64,000 nucleotides of DNA from an uncultured delta proteobacterium (GTDB lineage: Bacteria; Myxococcota_A; Polyangia; Polyangiales; Polyangiaceae), in the NCBI GenBank assembly GCA_963716725.1, contig CAVQUB010000008.1:128001-192000 (forward strand), written 5' to 3'. The number at the start of each line of letters is the position of its first letter. Within the stretch, counting starts at the first letter, position 1. Under the pieces are notes generated by a model, which was not told the origin of the DNA, made no database searches, and was given only the letters and a program-made list of their open reading frames with translations. Below are positions 32,080 through 41,900 of the stretch, one piece after another. Both the position numbers and the translations under genes were made by a program.

Positions 32080-34073
32080 AGCGTCTCGTCTTTGCGCTCT
32101 GCTGCTTTGTGCTGGCGATCACGGCTCGATCTGGCTCTGCGGCAGCTGCGCCGATCGAGGTGCGGGCGAAGACCGGAGGCTTGCCCATCGAGCTCTTGCC
32201 CCAAGGCGGTAGCTACGGTGCTCGACTGGTGGTCGAAAATCGCAGCGCTGCTCCCACCAAGGTGCAGGTCGTGCTGCGCGAGGGCGGCGAGACCGACCCG
32301 CGGCTGCCTCTGGGCATGCGCGCCCGCTTCGTCGACGGCGACACCGGCGTGCTGATCCAACCCGGGCAACAGCGCGAGATCGAGGTCGAGCTCTCGCCCG
32401 CGCGCGGGCGGCGCTTTCATGAAGTGTACGGGCACGTGGTGGTGACGGCCGAGGACGAACCGGACATTGCGGCCGGTTTCCACGTGGCGCTGCCGGGATC
32501 CGAGTCGATCTTCACCGGGCGTCACTTGTCGCTGGTGTGGCTCGTGCCGCTGCTCGGCGCGCTGCTCGTGCTCGGGCTCCGCGGCCGCGAACCGAAGCCG
32601 GGCGTGGCGAGGATCGTCTGGATCGGCGCCAGCGCGATCCAGCTCGGATTGATGGTGTGGGCCGCCTCCCGCTTCGACGTGCTTCACACACGATTCGCTG
32701 GTGGGGATGGTCTGCAGTTCGTCGAGCGCATGACGCTTTGGCGCGGGCTCGGCATCGAGTACGCCCTCGGTGTCGATGGCGCCACCCTGGCGCTCGCGCT
32801 CAGCGTGGCATTGATCGGCTTGTTGTCGGCCGCGCTCGCCGAAGACGGCCACGCCGCCCGCTTTGGAGCGTTTGGCCTGTTGATCGTCGCGAGCGTCAGC
32901 GGGGCGATCCTGGCCCTCGATTTGGCGCTGATGCTGGCGTTTTGGCTGGTCGCTCTGATTGGCGCGGTGCTCGCGCTCGCATCCTGGGCGGGGGATCGGG
33001 GTCTGGCTCGCGGATCGGCCATCGTGCTCGGATTGGGCTTCGCGCTCGTCGCCTTCGCGGTCTGGCAGATCTCTGGGACCGCGACCTCGGCCTACCTGAT
33101 CGACGGCGCGCCAGCCGCGCGCGTATTCTCGCTGGTCGAGCTGGCACACGGAGGCTTCGTGCCGCGGAGCCCGACGCTGCTCGGTGCGCAGCCGATCAAG
33201 GTCGTGACCTGTTGCCTCGTGGTCGGCAGCGCGCTCACGCTCGGCGCGGGACCCTTCGGCGGCTTTCTCTCTGCAACCGCGTCGCGCGCGCCGACATCGC
33301 TCGTGCTCTTGCTCGGCGGCGGAGTGACCCTCCTGGGCGCGCACGCGCTGGTCCGGGTCGGCTTCACCGCCCTCCCGAGCGGATCGGCCTGGGCCGCGAT
33401 GGGGGTGGCGGGCTTTGGCGTCGCGTGCACGCTGTACGCGTCGTTGGTGGCCCTCGTCACCAACGATCCGCGCCGCTTCGTCGCGCTGGCGCTCTCGGCC
33501 TCTGCAGGCGCCATTCTCGTGGGCGCCGCATCGCTGACCGCCGCGGGTCTCCAGGGTGCACTGCTGATCACGATCTGCCGCGGGCTCGTGCTCGCGCTCT
33601 GTCTCGGCGTGCTGACGATGGGCGCTAACGTCACCGGGTCCATTGCGCGCAGCTCGCCGATGCTCGCCGGCCTCGGCGTGGTGGCGTGGGTCGCCGCGGC
33701 GCTCGGACCCGGCACGCTCGCGTTCGCCGGCGTCGCGTCCACCATCTTTGGCGCGCTGCCGACGCTGCGCGGGCTCGCGCTGGCGGAGGCTCTAGCGCTG
33801 ACGGTGCTCGCGGTGGCCGCGCTTCGCAGCTACCGCCGCGCGTTCCTCGCCGGCGCCGAGCCGTCCATCGAGGCCCCGGCGCCGCCCGAGCGCGAGATGT
33901 CCGTGGTGCTCACGGCGGCCATGCTGCTGCTGGTGCTCGGGCTCTGGCCCCGGCCCTTACTTCGGCTGATGGACTCGAGCTGCCTCGATCACGCCCAACG
34001 CGTGAGTCCGCCCGGCGCCCTCGAGATCGTGCGGCTGTCGCCAGGCAGCGAGCGCGTCGCGTCCGGGCTCTGA
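32076..34073 (+). CDS. Degenerate NuoM-like protein with N-terminal signal peptide and beta-rich domain
   Basis: VPLLGA, LQFVER..W..LGIEYALGVDG, ALDL...FW, RAPT, DPRRFVA, GPGT..F.G, LGLWP.PLL; GTGA overlap with upstream gene. Confidence 0.82.
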   Translation: MKRLVFALCCFVLAITARSGSAAAAPIEVRAKTGGLPIELLPQGGSYGARLVVENRSAAPTKVQVVLREGGETDPRLPLGMRARFVDGDTGVLIQPGQQREIEVELSPARGRRFHEVYGHVVVTAEDEPDIAAGFHVALPGSESIFTGRHLSLVWLVPLLGALLVLGLRGREPKPGVARIVWIGASAIQLGLMVWAASRFDVLHTRFAGGDGLQFVERMTLWRGLGIEYALGVDGATLALALSVALIGLLSAALAEDGHAARFGAFGLLIVASVSGAILALDLALMLAFWLVALIGAVLALASWAGDRGLARGSAIVLGLGFALVAFAVWQISGTATSAYLIDGAPAARVFSLVELAHGGFVPRSPTLLGAQPIKVVTCCLVVGSALTLGAGPFGGFLSATASRAPTSLVLLLGGGVTLLGAHALVRVGFTALPSGSAWAAMGVAGFGVACTLYASLVALVTNDPRRFVALALSASAGAILVGAASLTAAGLQGALLITICRGLVLALCLGVLTMGANVTGSIARSSPMLAGLGVVAWVAAALGPGTLAFAGVASTIFGALPTLRGLALAEALALTVLAVAALRSYRRAFLAGAEPSIEAPAPPEREMSVVLTAAMLLLVLGLWPRPLLRLMDSSCLDHAQRVSPPGALEIVRLSPGSERVASGL

Positions 34074-34081
34074 CTGGACCG

Positions 34082-34915
34082 TCAACGCCCCGCGGCCTCG
34101 AACTCCGCGCGCAGGCGCTTCTCTTCTTGCCCGAGGCGACCGATGACTTCCATGGTTCGATCGGCCGCGGTCTTGTAGACGCGCACCGACCCGGGACGCG
34201 CGTACAGGTCGGAAAAATCGATGGGCGCGCCAAAGACCACCAACACCGGGTTGCCCGTGCGGTCGTAGTTGCCGATGACTTGACGCGGAAAATCGTTGAT
34301 CAGGCCGTTGACGAAGACCGGAATCACCGGGACCTGGGCGGCGTGGATCACCTTGCCGACGCCGGGTTGGGCTCGCAGGAAGGTATAAGGATCGTCGTCG
34401 AGCTTGCGCGTGCCTTCGGGGTGGAGTCCGGCGAAGACGCCTCCCCGGCGCAGGAGCCACACCAACTCGTCCAGGCTGGTGACGTTCAGCGCCTGCTGCT
34501 TCTTGTCGCGGAAGATCGGCGGGTACATCGCGAAGAAGCTCATCACGCCGTTCACGAAGAGCCCGGCCGGCGAGTCGTAGAAGAAGCCGGACCGGACCGG
34601 GAACACGATGCGGTGCTCGAGGCCGCGCCGCACCAGGTCGCCGGTCACCAAATACAGATCGAAGAAGCTCCGGTGGTTCGAGACCAAGATGAAGCTCTGC
34701 GCCTGGTCGAGGGGCGGCAAGCGCTCGAGGCCGTGCACGTGCCGCAGGTGCTTGGTGAAGTGGTGGATCCAGGTCGAGCCGAGGTGATGTTGGCACCAGC
34801 GGATCGCGCGCTCGGTGCGGCCGGGCTCGAAAGTCCGCCGCACGAAGCGGATCTGCGCGCGCTCGAGCCGGCTCAGCCGATCACCGGCGACGCGGAGCAG
34901 GTCAGGGCGATCCAT
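34082..34915 (-). CDS. Lysophospholipid acyltransferase (PlsC family)
   Basis: SNHRSFFD (HX4D), HPEGTR, VPVIPVFV, VVFGAPI. Confidence 0.9.
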   Translation of the reverse strand: MDRPDLLRVAGDRLSRLERAQIRFVRRTFEPGRTERAIRWCQHHLGSTWIHHFTKHLRHVHGLERLPPLDQAQSFILVSNHRSFFDLYLVTGDLVRRGLEHRIVFPVRSGFFYDSPAGLFVNGVMSFFAMYPPIFRDKKQQALNVTSLDELVWLLRRGGVFAGLHPEGTRKLDDDPYTFLRAQPGVGKVIHAAQVPVIPVFVNGLINDFPRQVIGNYDRTGNPVLVVFGAPIDFSDLYARPGSVRVYKTAADRTMEVIGRLGQEEKRLRAEFEAAGR

Positions 34916-34916
34916 C

Positions 34917-35732
34917 TCAGGACGGCAGCGGCTCGGGCGTGCGGTCGAACACGATGTCCACGTAGCCCGGCGGCGGGACGAAGTCGCGCACGGCTTCGAT
35001 GATCTGCTGGGTGACCTCTTCGAAGTCGATGCTGCGGGACTTGGGGCGCAGGCTGAGGGTCAGATGCGGCTCGAGGTCGCGATCGGCGTTGAAGGTGGAG
35101 ATCACCTCGTAGCGCTCGATGCTGCCCAGATCGGCGAGGCAGTTCTCGACCGCGTCGAGAAATTCCTTCGGGGGCGCCTGGTCGGTCTCGGCGATCAACG
35201 TCTTCTCGAAGTCCTGCATCGGGATGTCGCGCACGTAGCCGACCAAGGGCAATGCGCGCCCCTGGGCCATGCTGGCGACCTCGTGCCGTTGAAGCATCAG
35301 CTCGGTGTCGTGGCTCGCGTTGACGATCAGCGCCATCACGTTCTCTTCGTCGATGATTTGCAGGGCCAGGTCCAGGGCGATCTTGGCCGGCAACGAGCAG
35401 TACTCGAGGGCGCCGTCGTCCGTCTGCCAGCCGATCTGCTCGGCCATGGGCTCCAGGATGTCAGGACGGGTGAACATCGCGCAGAAGAGCTGCCCGCCTT
35501 CGTCTTCGAGCAGGTGGGGCGCCAGGGTCAGATCGTCATTGAGCTGCATTTGCTCGCCCAGGGGCGCGCCCGGCACTCGCTTGGCCAAGGGCACGTAGAG
35601 CTCTCCGAGTTCCATGCGCTGCACGAGCTCGGCCACGTCGCGCCTGAGCCCCCGACGCGCATTCTGCACCCAGTGGGTGAGATCCGAGGGATCGAGAACG
35701 TCTCCTCCGCTGCCGTTGTCTCCTGTCGACAT
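34917..35732 (-). CDS. SseB-family (enhanced serine sensitivity) protein
   Basis: Acidic two-domain protein: LYVP, AMFT, LIVN.., C-terminal PHL..L...YVDIVF. Confidence 0.55.
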   Translation of the reverse strand: MSTGDNGSGGDVLDPSDLTHWVQNARRGLRRDVAELVQRMELGELYVPLAKRVPGAPLGEQMQLNDDLTLAPHLLEDEGGQLFCAMFTRPDILEPMAEQIGWQTDDGALEYCSLPAKIALDLALQIIDEENVMALIVNASHDTELMLQRHEVASMAQGRALPLVGYVRDIPMQDFEKTLIAETDQAPPKEFLDAVENCLADLGSIERYEVISTFNADRDLEPHLTLSLRPKSRSIDFEEVTQQIIEAVRDFVPPPGYVDIVFDRTPEPLPS

Positions 35733-35803
35733 GGGTCGGCGCGATTATCATGCAATTGCCGTCGACGCACGCGCCCCATTCTGGCAAAAAAGGACAAACT
35801 GCG

Positions 35804-36760
35804 ATGAGCGCCGAGCGACGCAAGCTGTATCCAGCGTTGGAAGCGAATCAAACCGGGCGCTTGCGCGTCTCGGACGTGCACGAAATCTACTGGGAAGAGA
35901 GCGGAAACCCCCAGGGCAGGCCGGTGGTCTTCGTACACGGCGGACCTGGCGCCGGGACCGAGGCCAGCCACCGCCGCTTCTTCGACCCCGCGCGCTATCG
36001 CATCGTGCTCTTCGATCAGCGCGGCTCGGGCAAGAGCACGCCCCACGCCTGCCTGGAAGACAATACGACCTGGCACTTGGTCGCGGACATGGAGACGCTC
36101 AGACAGCACCTTGGCATCGAACGCTGGCAGGTGTTCGGCGGGTCCTGGGGCTCGACGCTCGCGCTCGCCTACGCCCAGAAGCACCCCGAGCAGGTCACGG
36201 AGCTGGTGCTGCGCGGCATCTTCCTGCTGCGGCGCTGGGAGCTCGAGTGGTTCTATCAAGAAGGCGCAAGCCGGCTCTTCCCCGACGCCTGGGAGAAGTA
36301 CCTGGCGCCTATCCCCGAGGAGGAACGCGCCAACCTGATCGACGCTTACCATCGCCGGCTGACCAGTGACGACTCGAGGGTGCGCCAAGAAGCGGCGCGC
36401 GCCTGGAGCGTGTGGGAAGCGACCACCAGCTTTCTCCACGCGAACCTCGAGCACATGTCGCACGCCGCGGACGACGACTTTAGCCTCGCGTTCAGCCGCA
36501 TCGAGTGCCACTACTTCGTCAACGGCGGTTTCTTCGAGAGCGCGTCCCAGCTGCTCGATGGCGCGAGCAAGATCCGCCATCTGCCCACCACCATCGTGCA
36601 GGGCCGCTACGACGTGGTCTGTCCCGCCCAGACCGCCTGGGATCTGAAGCGTGTCTTGCCGAGCGCGGATTTGCGGATCGTGCCGGACGCCGGCCACAGC
36701 GCCTTCGAGCCTGGCATCGTGCACGAGCTGGTCACCGCGACCGACGCCTACGCGGGCTAA
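35804..36760 (+). CDS. pip: Proline iminopeptidase
   Basis: HGGPG, FDQRG.GKS, FGGSWGSTL, LRGIF, QGRYDVVCP, DAGHS. Confidence 0.96.
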   Translation: MSAERRKLYPALEANQTGRLRVSDVHEIYWEESGNPQGRPVVFVHGGPGAGTEASHRRFFDPARYRIVLFDQRGSGKSTPHACLEDNTTWHLVADMETLRQHLGIERWQVFGGSWGSTLALAYAQKHPEQVTELVLRGIFLLRRWELEWFYQEGASRLFPDAWEKYLAPIPEEERANLIDAYHRRLTSDDSRVRQEAARAWSVWEATTSFLHANLEHMSHAADDDFSLAFSRIECHYFVNGGFFESASQLLDGASKIRHLPTTIVQGRYDVVCPAQTAWDLKRVLPSADLRIVPDAGHSAFEPGIVHELVTATDAYAG

Positions 36761-36831
36761 ACGCCAATGATTCCGGCGGCTTTCCGGGCCGCGCTGCAAC
36801 GCGGGCCGCGGGGGTTATGCTCTGTGCCGCC

Positions 36832-38256
36832 ATGGCCATCGCGACCCCTACCGATTTCGCATCCCCACCTCCCAAGACCGCCTCCAAGACGGACATCGTC
36901 GAAACGGTCGACAAGCTCCGCGCCACCTTCGAGTCCGGGGTGACGCGCCCCGCCGAGTGGCGCGTCACTCAGCTCCGACAGCTGTACCGAATGATCGAGG
37001 ACGAGGAGTCCAAGATCCTGAGCGCGCTGAGCAGCGATCTCGGCAAGTGCGCCGCCGAGGGCTTCATCGGCGAGACCAACATGGTGATGGGCGAGGTCAA
37101 GCTCCTCTTGTCGAACGTGCGCCGCTGGATGCGCCCGCGCACGGTGAGCGCGCCGCTGACCGTGCAGCCCGCGAGGGCCAAAATTCACCCCGAGCCGTTG
37201 GGCGTCGCGCTGATCATCTCTCCCTGGAACTACCCCTTCCAGCTCGCGATAGCTCCGCTGGCCGGGGCCATCTCGGCGGGCAACTGCGCGGCGGTGAAGC
37301 CCAGCGAGGTCGCGCCGGCGACCAGCGCGGTGATCGCCGAGCTGTGCCGGAAGTACCTCGATCAGAGCGCGGTCGCCGTCATCGAGGGCGGCGTGCCCGA
37401 GACCACCGCGCTGCTCGAGCAGCGCTTCGATCACATCTTCTACACGGGCAATGGCACGGTCGGACGCATCGTGATGCAAGCCGCGGCCAAGCACCTGACC
37501 CCGGTCGTGCTCGAGCTGGGCGGCAAGAGCCCCTGCATCATCGACCGCGACGTGAACCTCGAGGTCGCGGCGCGGCGCATCGCCTGGGGCAAGTTCTTCA
37601 ACGCGGGACAGACCTGCGTCGCACCCGACTACCTGTTGGTGCACGAGGCCGTGAAGAAGCCGTTCTTGGACAAGCTGGCTGAGGTCATCCGCGAGTTCTA
37701 CGGCGACGACCCCCAGAAGAGCCCGGACTACACCCGCATCGTCAACGCGCGTCACCACAAGCGACTGTGTGCGCTGCTCGACAGCGGCAAGGTGTTCGTT
37801 GGCGGCCAGACCGACGTGAATGATCGCTACATTGCGCCCACCGTGCTCACCGACGTGAGCCCAGACAGCGCGGCCATGCAGGACGAGATCTTCGGACCCA
37901 TCTTGCCGGTGCTCACCATTTCGAGCCTCGACGAAGCCGTGCGCTTCGTGAACGATCGCGACAAGCCGCTGGCTTTGTACGTGTTTTCGAACGACGCGGA
38001 TCGCGCCCAGACCGTCATCGACGGCACCAGCTCCGGCGGTGGTTGCGTCAACGACTGCGTGATGCACCTGGCTCCCCACGAATTGCCCTTCGGTGGCGTC
38101 GGACCCAGCGGCATGGGCGCCTACCACGGCAAGGCGAGCTTCGAGTGTTTCACCCACATGAAGGGTGTCTTGCACAAACCCTTCTATCTCGACGCACCGC
38201 TGCGCTACCCGCCCTACACCGACGACAAGATGAAGTGGGTGAAGCGACTTTCGTGA
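36832..38256 (+). CDS. Aldehyde dehydrogenase (ALDH3-like)
   Basis: PWNYP, KPSE, LELGGKSP, NAGQTCVAPDY, EIFGPILP, PFGGVGPSGMG. Confidence 0.96.
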   Translation: MAIATPTDFASPPPKTASKTDIVETVDKLRATFESGVTRPAEWRVTQLRQLYRMIEDEESKILSALSSDLGKCAAEGFIGETNMVMGEVKLLLSNVRRWMRPRTVSAPLTVQPARAKIHPEPLGVALIISPWNYPFQLAIAPLAGAISAGNCAAVKPSEVAPATSAVIAELCRKYLDQSAVAVIEGGVPETTALLEQRFDHIFYTGNGTVGRIVMQAAAKHLTPVVLELGGKSPCIIDRDVNLEVAARRIAWGKFFNAGQTCVAPDYLLVHEAVKKPFLDKLAEVIREFYGDDPQKSPDYTRIVNARHHKRLCALLDSGKVFVGGQTDVNDRYIAPTVLTDVSPDSAAMQDEIFGPILPVLTISSLDEAVRFVNDRDKPLALYVFSNDADRAQTVIDGTSSGGGCVNDCVMHLAPHELPFGGVGPSGMGAYHGKASFECFTHMKGVLHKPFYLDAPLRYPPYTDDKMKWVKRLS

Positions 38257-38888
38257 ACTACCCGCCGCCGCCCTGGGAGACCTACGGCTTCGGTGTGATG
38301 TGTCCGTACCTGGTCCGGGTGAGTGATCTGAGCCTGCCGCCGGGCTTCGAGCCGGTCGCCATTGCGGGTCGCACCTTGGGCATGTTCGGCTACATCGAGT
38401 ATCGGCCGCCGTCGCCGCTGGTTTACGGCGAGCTGCTCTGGATGCCCGCGACGGTCCGGGTTCGTCGCAGCGACGGGCGCAGGGTGAGGGGCCATTTCGT
38501 GTCGCGCATGTACGTCGACCACGAGGACTCGCTCGCGGCGGGGCGCGAGCTCTGGCACCTGCCCAAGTCGCTGGCGCGCTTCGATCGGCGTGAGCGCGGC
38601 GTCGACGTCGAGGCCGAAGACGGCACGCGGCTGTCCTTCGACTTCGACGGCGTCGGTCCAGCGCTGCACCTGAGGAGCCGCGTCTCGACCCTGCAACCCA
38701 CGGGCAACGGCGTGGTCAAATTCTCCGCTGGTTTCTCTGGGATCATGCGTCCCGCCCGCACCCGCGTCACGCGATTCGAAAGTCCACACCCGGGCTGGGC
38801 TGCGTTCGAGAGCGCACGGCGCGCGCTGGGACTCGGGGTCTGGCTCGAGCGCTTCGAGAGCACGATGCTGGCGCCCGAAGACCTCTGA
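38253..38888 (+). CDS. Acetoacetate decarboxylase family protein
   Basis: YPPPPW, Y.EL, MYVD..SLAAGRELWHLPK. Confidence 0.8.
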   Translation: MNYPPPPWETYGFGVMCPYLVRVSDLSLPPGFEPVAIAGRTLGMFGYIEYRPPSPLVYGELLWMPATVRVRRSDGRRVRGHFVSRMYVDHEDSLAAGRELWHLPKSLARFDRRERGVDVEAEDGTRLSFDFDGVGPALHLRSRVSTLQPTGNGVVKFSAGFSGIMRPARTRVTRFESPHPGWAAFESARRALGLGVWLERFESTMLAPEDL

Positions 38889-38930
38889 TCAGTCGACGTG
38901 TCGGGCTCCGACGACTAACCTTCCCCTCCA

Positions 38931-41900
38931 ATGTCCGAACGCCCCTCTCTCGCCAGCGTCGTCGCGGGCATCAAAGAGGCGTTCAGCGCGCGCAAGCGCC
39001 GGGCCTGGATGGGACGGACGCGCGCCCATGTCGAGCTGCGCGAGCTGAGCGGAGACGAGCTCGAGCGCTTCGCGACGCTGCTGCGCGAGGCAGCGGCGCG
39101 CATGGCGCAGGTCAAATGGGTCGAGGTCAATCCGCATCTGCGTCGGGCGGTGATCGAGATCGAGCGCGGCGCCTACGAGCTCGAAGATCTGATCGAGCTG
39201 GTCGAAGCGGCGGAGCGGAGCGCCGCCGTCGACAAAGCGTCGTTCTCGGAGACGGCGGCAGACCACCCCGCCGACGCCGAGCCGCTGCATCAGCTCGGGC
39301 TCGGTGCTGCCCTCGACATGGTCGGTTTCGGGTTGGGCACGGTGCTCCGACTGTCGCCGCTACCGAAGTCAGGCGTCGCCGCCTCGGTGGCGGCCGCGGC
39401 TGCCGTGGTGCGCGCGGTGCCTCGCCTGCGCCAGGGCCTCGACCAAGCGCTGGGCACCCAGCGTGCCGAGATCACTTTGAGCAGCGTCATCTCCCTGGCG
39501 CAGGGCGCGGCGCAGCGGCCGGTGGCGTCCCTGGTGGATCTCGTCCACAAGGCAGCGCTCTTGCGCGAGGCGCGGACCCGGCAGGACACCTGGGAGGCCC
39601 GTGAAGCCGAGCTGTGCTCCGCGCCCTTCGAGCACGACCTTGGACGCGCGCGCATCGATCCGCGCCCCGTGCCCCTGCCGCGGGGTCCCATCGAGGAGTA
39701 CGCGGACCGAGCGTGGGTCGTCTCGCTCGGTGGCTTTGCCGTCAGCTTTCTCACCACGCGAAGCGTGCAACACGCAGTGGCCGCGCTCTTCGGCGCACTG
39801 CCAAAGCCGGCGCGCATGGGCCGTGACGTCTTTGCGGCTGAGCTCGGCCGCGCGCTCGCGGCGCGACGCGTGCTGGTGAACGATCCCGACGTGCTCCGGC
39901 GTCTCGATCGCATCGACTGCCTGGTGATCCAAGGCGATCTGGTCGCGCGCGACCGTTATGAGGTCACCGACGTCGTCACGGTTGAAGGTGTGTCGCGCCG
40001 CGAGACCCGCAGCCGCGCCCTCGAGCTCTTCGAGCCGGAGCATCCGGTGAGCGTGATCCGGCGCGGAAACCTGGTGCTCGGCCCTTTCACGCGACTCGGT
40101 GCGAGCCTGCCGCCGGCCCTCGAAGAGCGGGCGACGGAGTGGTCGCGTCGCGGGGAGCTGTGCCTCGCCCTCGCGCGCGACGGTCGAGTCGAGGGGCTCG
40201 TCGCGCTGTCGATGATCCCGCAGACCGGCATCGAAGAGCTGATCACCGCCGCGCACGAGGCGCAGATGAGGGTGGTGATCGCGTCGAACGATGAGTCGGT
40301 GCTCGAGGGACTCAATGTCGACGACGCCATCCCCTTTGGAGACGGCTTGCCGAGCGGGATCCGGCGTCTGCAGCGCGAGGGCCGCAGCGTGATGTTGGTC
40401 GCGACGGGGCGCGCCAGCGGTGTCGGCGCCGCGGACTGCGCCATCGGGCTGGTTCGGGCCGGCGAGCCGCCGCCCTGGGGCGCTCACCTGGTCTCGAGCG
40501 ACGATCTGTCCGACGTGCGCTTCGTGCTCCACGCCTGCGAGGCCGCCAAGAAGGTCGCGAAGCAGAGCGTCAACGTCGCGCTCGGCGCGGCCGCCGTCGG
40601 AACTCTGGTGTCGGCGGGCGGCGTCGTGAGCATGACGACGAGCCGAGTCTTCACTGTCGTCAACACGGCCTCGCTGATCGCCATGGGCAACGGGATCCGA
40701 AACAGCGCGGCGCTCGAGCGTCGCGCCCTGCCGCCGCCCCGGGATCGCACGCCTTGGCACGCTCTCGACGCGCACGGCGTGATGGCCAAGCTCGGGACCA
40801 GTGAGACGGGGCTGTCGAAGAGCGAAGCGCAGGCGCGCAAGCGCCCCGCCGTCGGCGACAAACCCGCGCTGCTCGAGCTCTCCGAGGCCGTGACCGACGA
40901 GCTCTTCAATCCCCTGGCGCCGCTGCTCGCGGCCGGGGCCGGGCTCTCGGCGGTGGTGGGATCCGTCGCGGACGCCGGCATGGTCGGCGGCGTGGTGGTG
41001 CTCAACGCCGTGGTCGGCGGCGTCCAGCGCTTCCGCACGGAGCGCGCCATACGGAGACTTGCCACCGACACGACGCGCCGGGCACGGGTGCGACGCTCGG
41101 GTGAAGTCGTGACCATTGACGGCAGTGATCTCGTGCGCGGCGACGTGGTCCTGCTCGAGCCCGGTGACGTGGTCCCTGCGGACTGCCGCATGGTCGGCAC
41201 CGAGAGCGTCGAGGTGGACGCTTCGAGCCTCACTGGTGAGTCCCTTCCCGTGAAGAAGAACCCGGCCTCGGCCTACGATCCCGAGATCGCCGACCGCGCG
41301 AGCATGCTCTACGAGGGCACCAGCATCGCCGCCGGCCGCGCGACCGCGGTGGTGGTCGCGACCGGAGACGAGACCGAGGCGCGGCGCGGCTCGAACACCT
41401 CGCGGCGGGACATCGCCACCAGCGGGGTCGAGGTCCGCCTGCGTTCGCTGATCAATCTCACGGGTCCCGTCGCGCTGGGCGCCGGTGCCGCGCTGATCAC
41501 GGTCGGTGCTCTGCGTGGGCGCGGGTTGAAAGAGGTGGTCAGCTCGGGCGTGAGCTTGGCTGTGGCGTCGGTGCCCGAGGGGCTGCCGCTCCTGGCCACG
41601 GCGGCGCAGCTCGCCGCCGCCGAGCGGCTCAGCAAACGCGGCGCGCTGGTGCGCAACGCTCGCAACATCGAGGCGCTCGGACGCGTCGATGTGCTCTGCG
41701 TCGACAAGACCGGCACGCTCACCGAAGGACGCATCGACCTTCGCCGCGTCTCGGATGGAGTCAGCGACGCGGCGACAGAGGAACTCACTTCGCGGGAGCT
41801 CGTGGTCCTGGCCGCCGCGCTGCGCGCCAGCCCCGAGCTCGACAACGCGGCGTCCTTCGACCCGCTCGACGGAGCGTTGCACCGAGCCGCGGGGCAGCAG

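Noticed and set aside
27861..34073. Canonical complex I or Mrp antiporter operon
   Set aside because: Other subunits are absent and key charged residues appear lost
34917..35732. SseB-family gene as part of the T3SS translocon
   Set aside because: Name coincidence; this resembles the serine-sensitivity SseB family, not the SPI-2 filament protein
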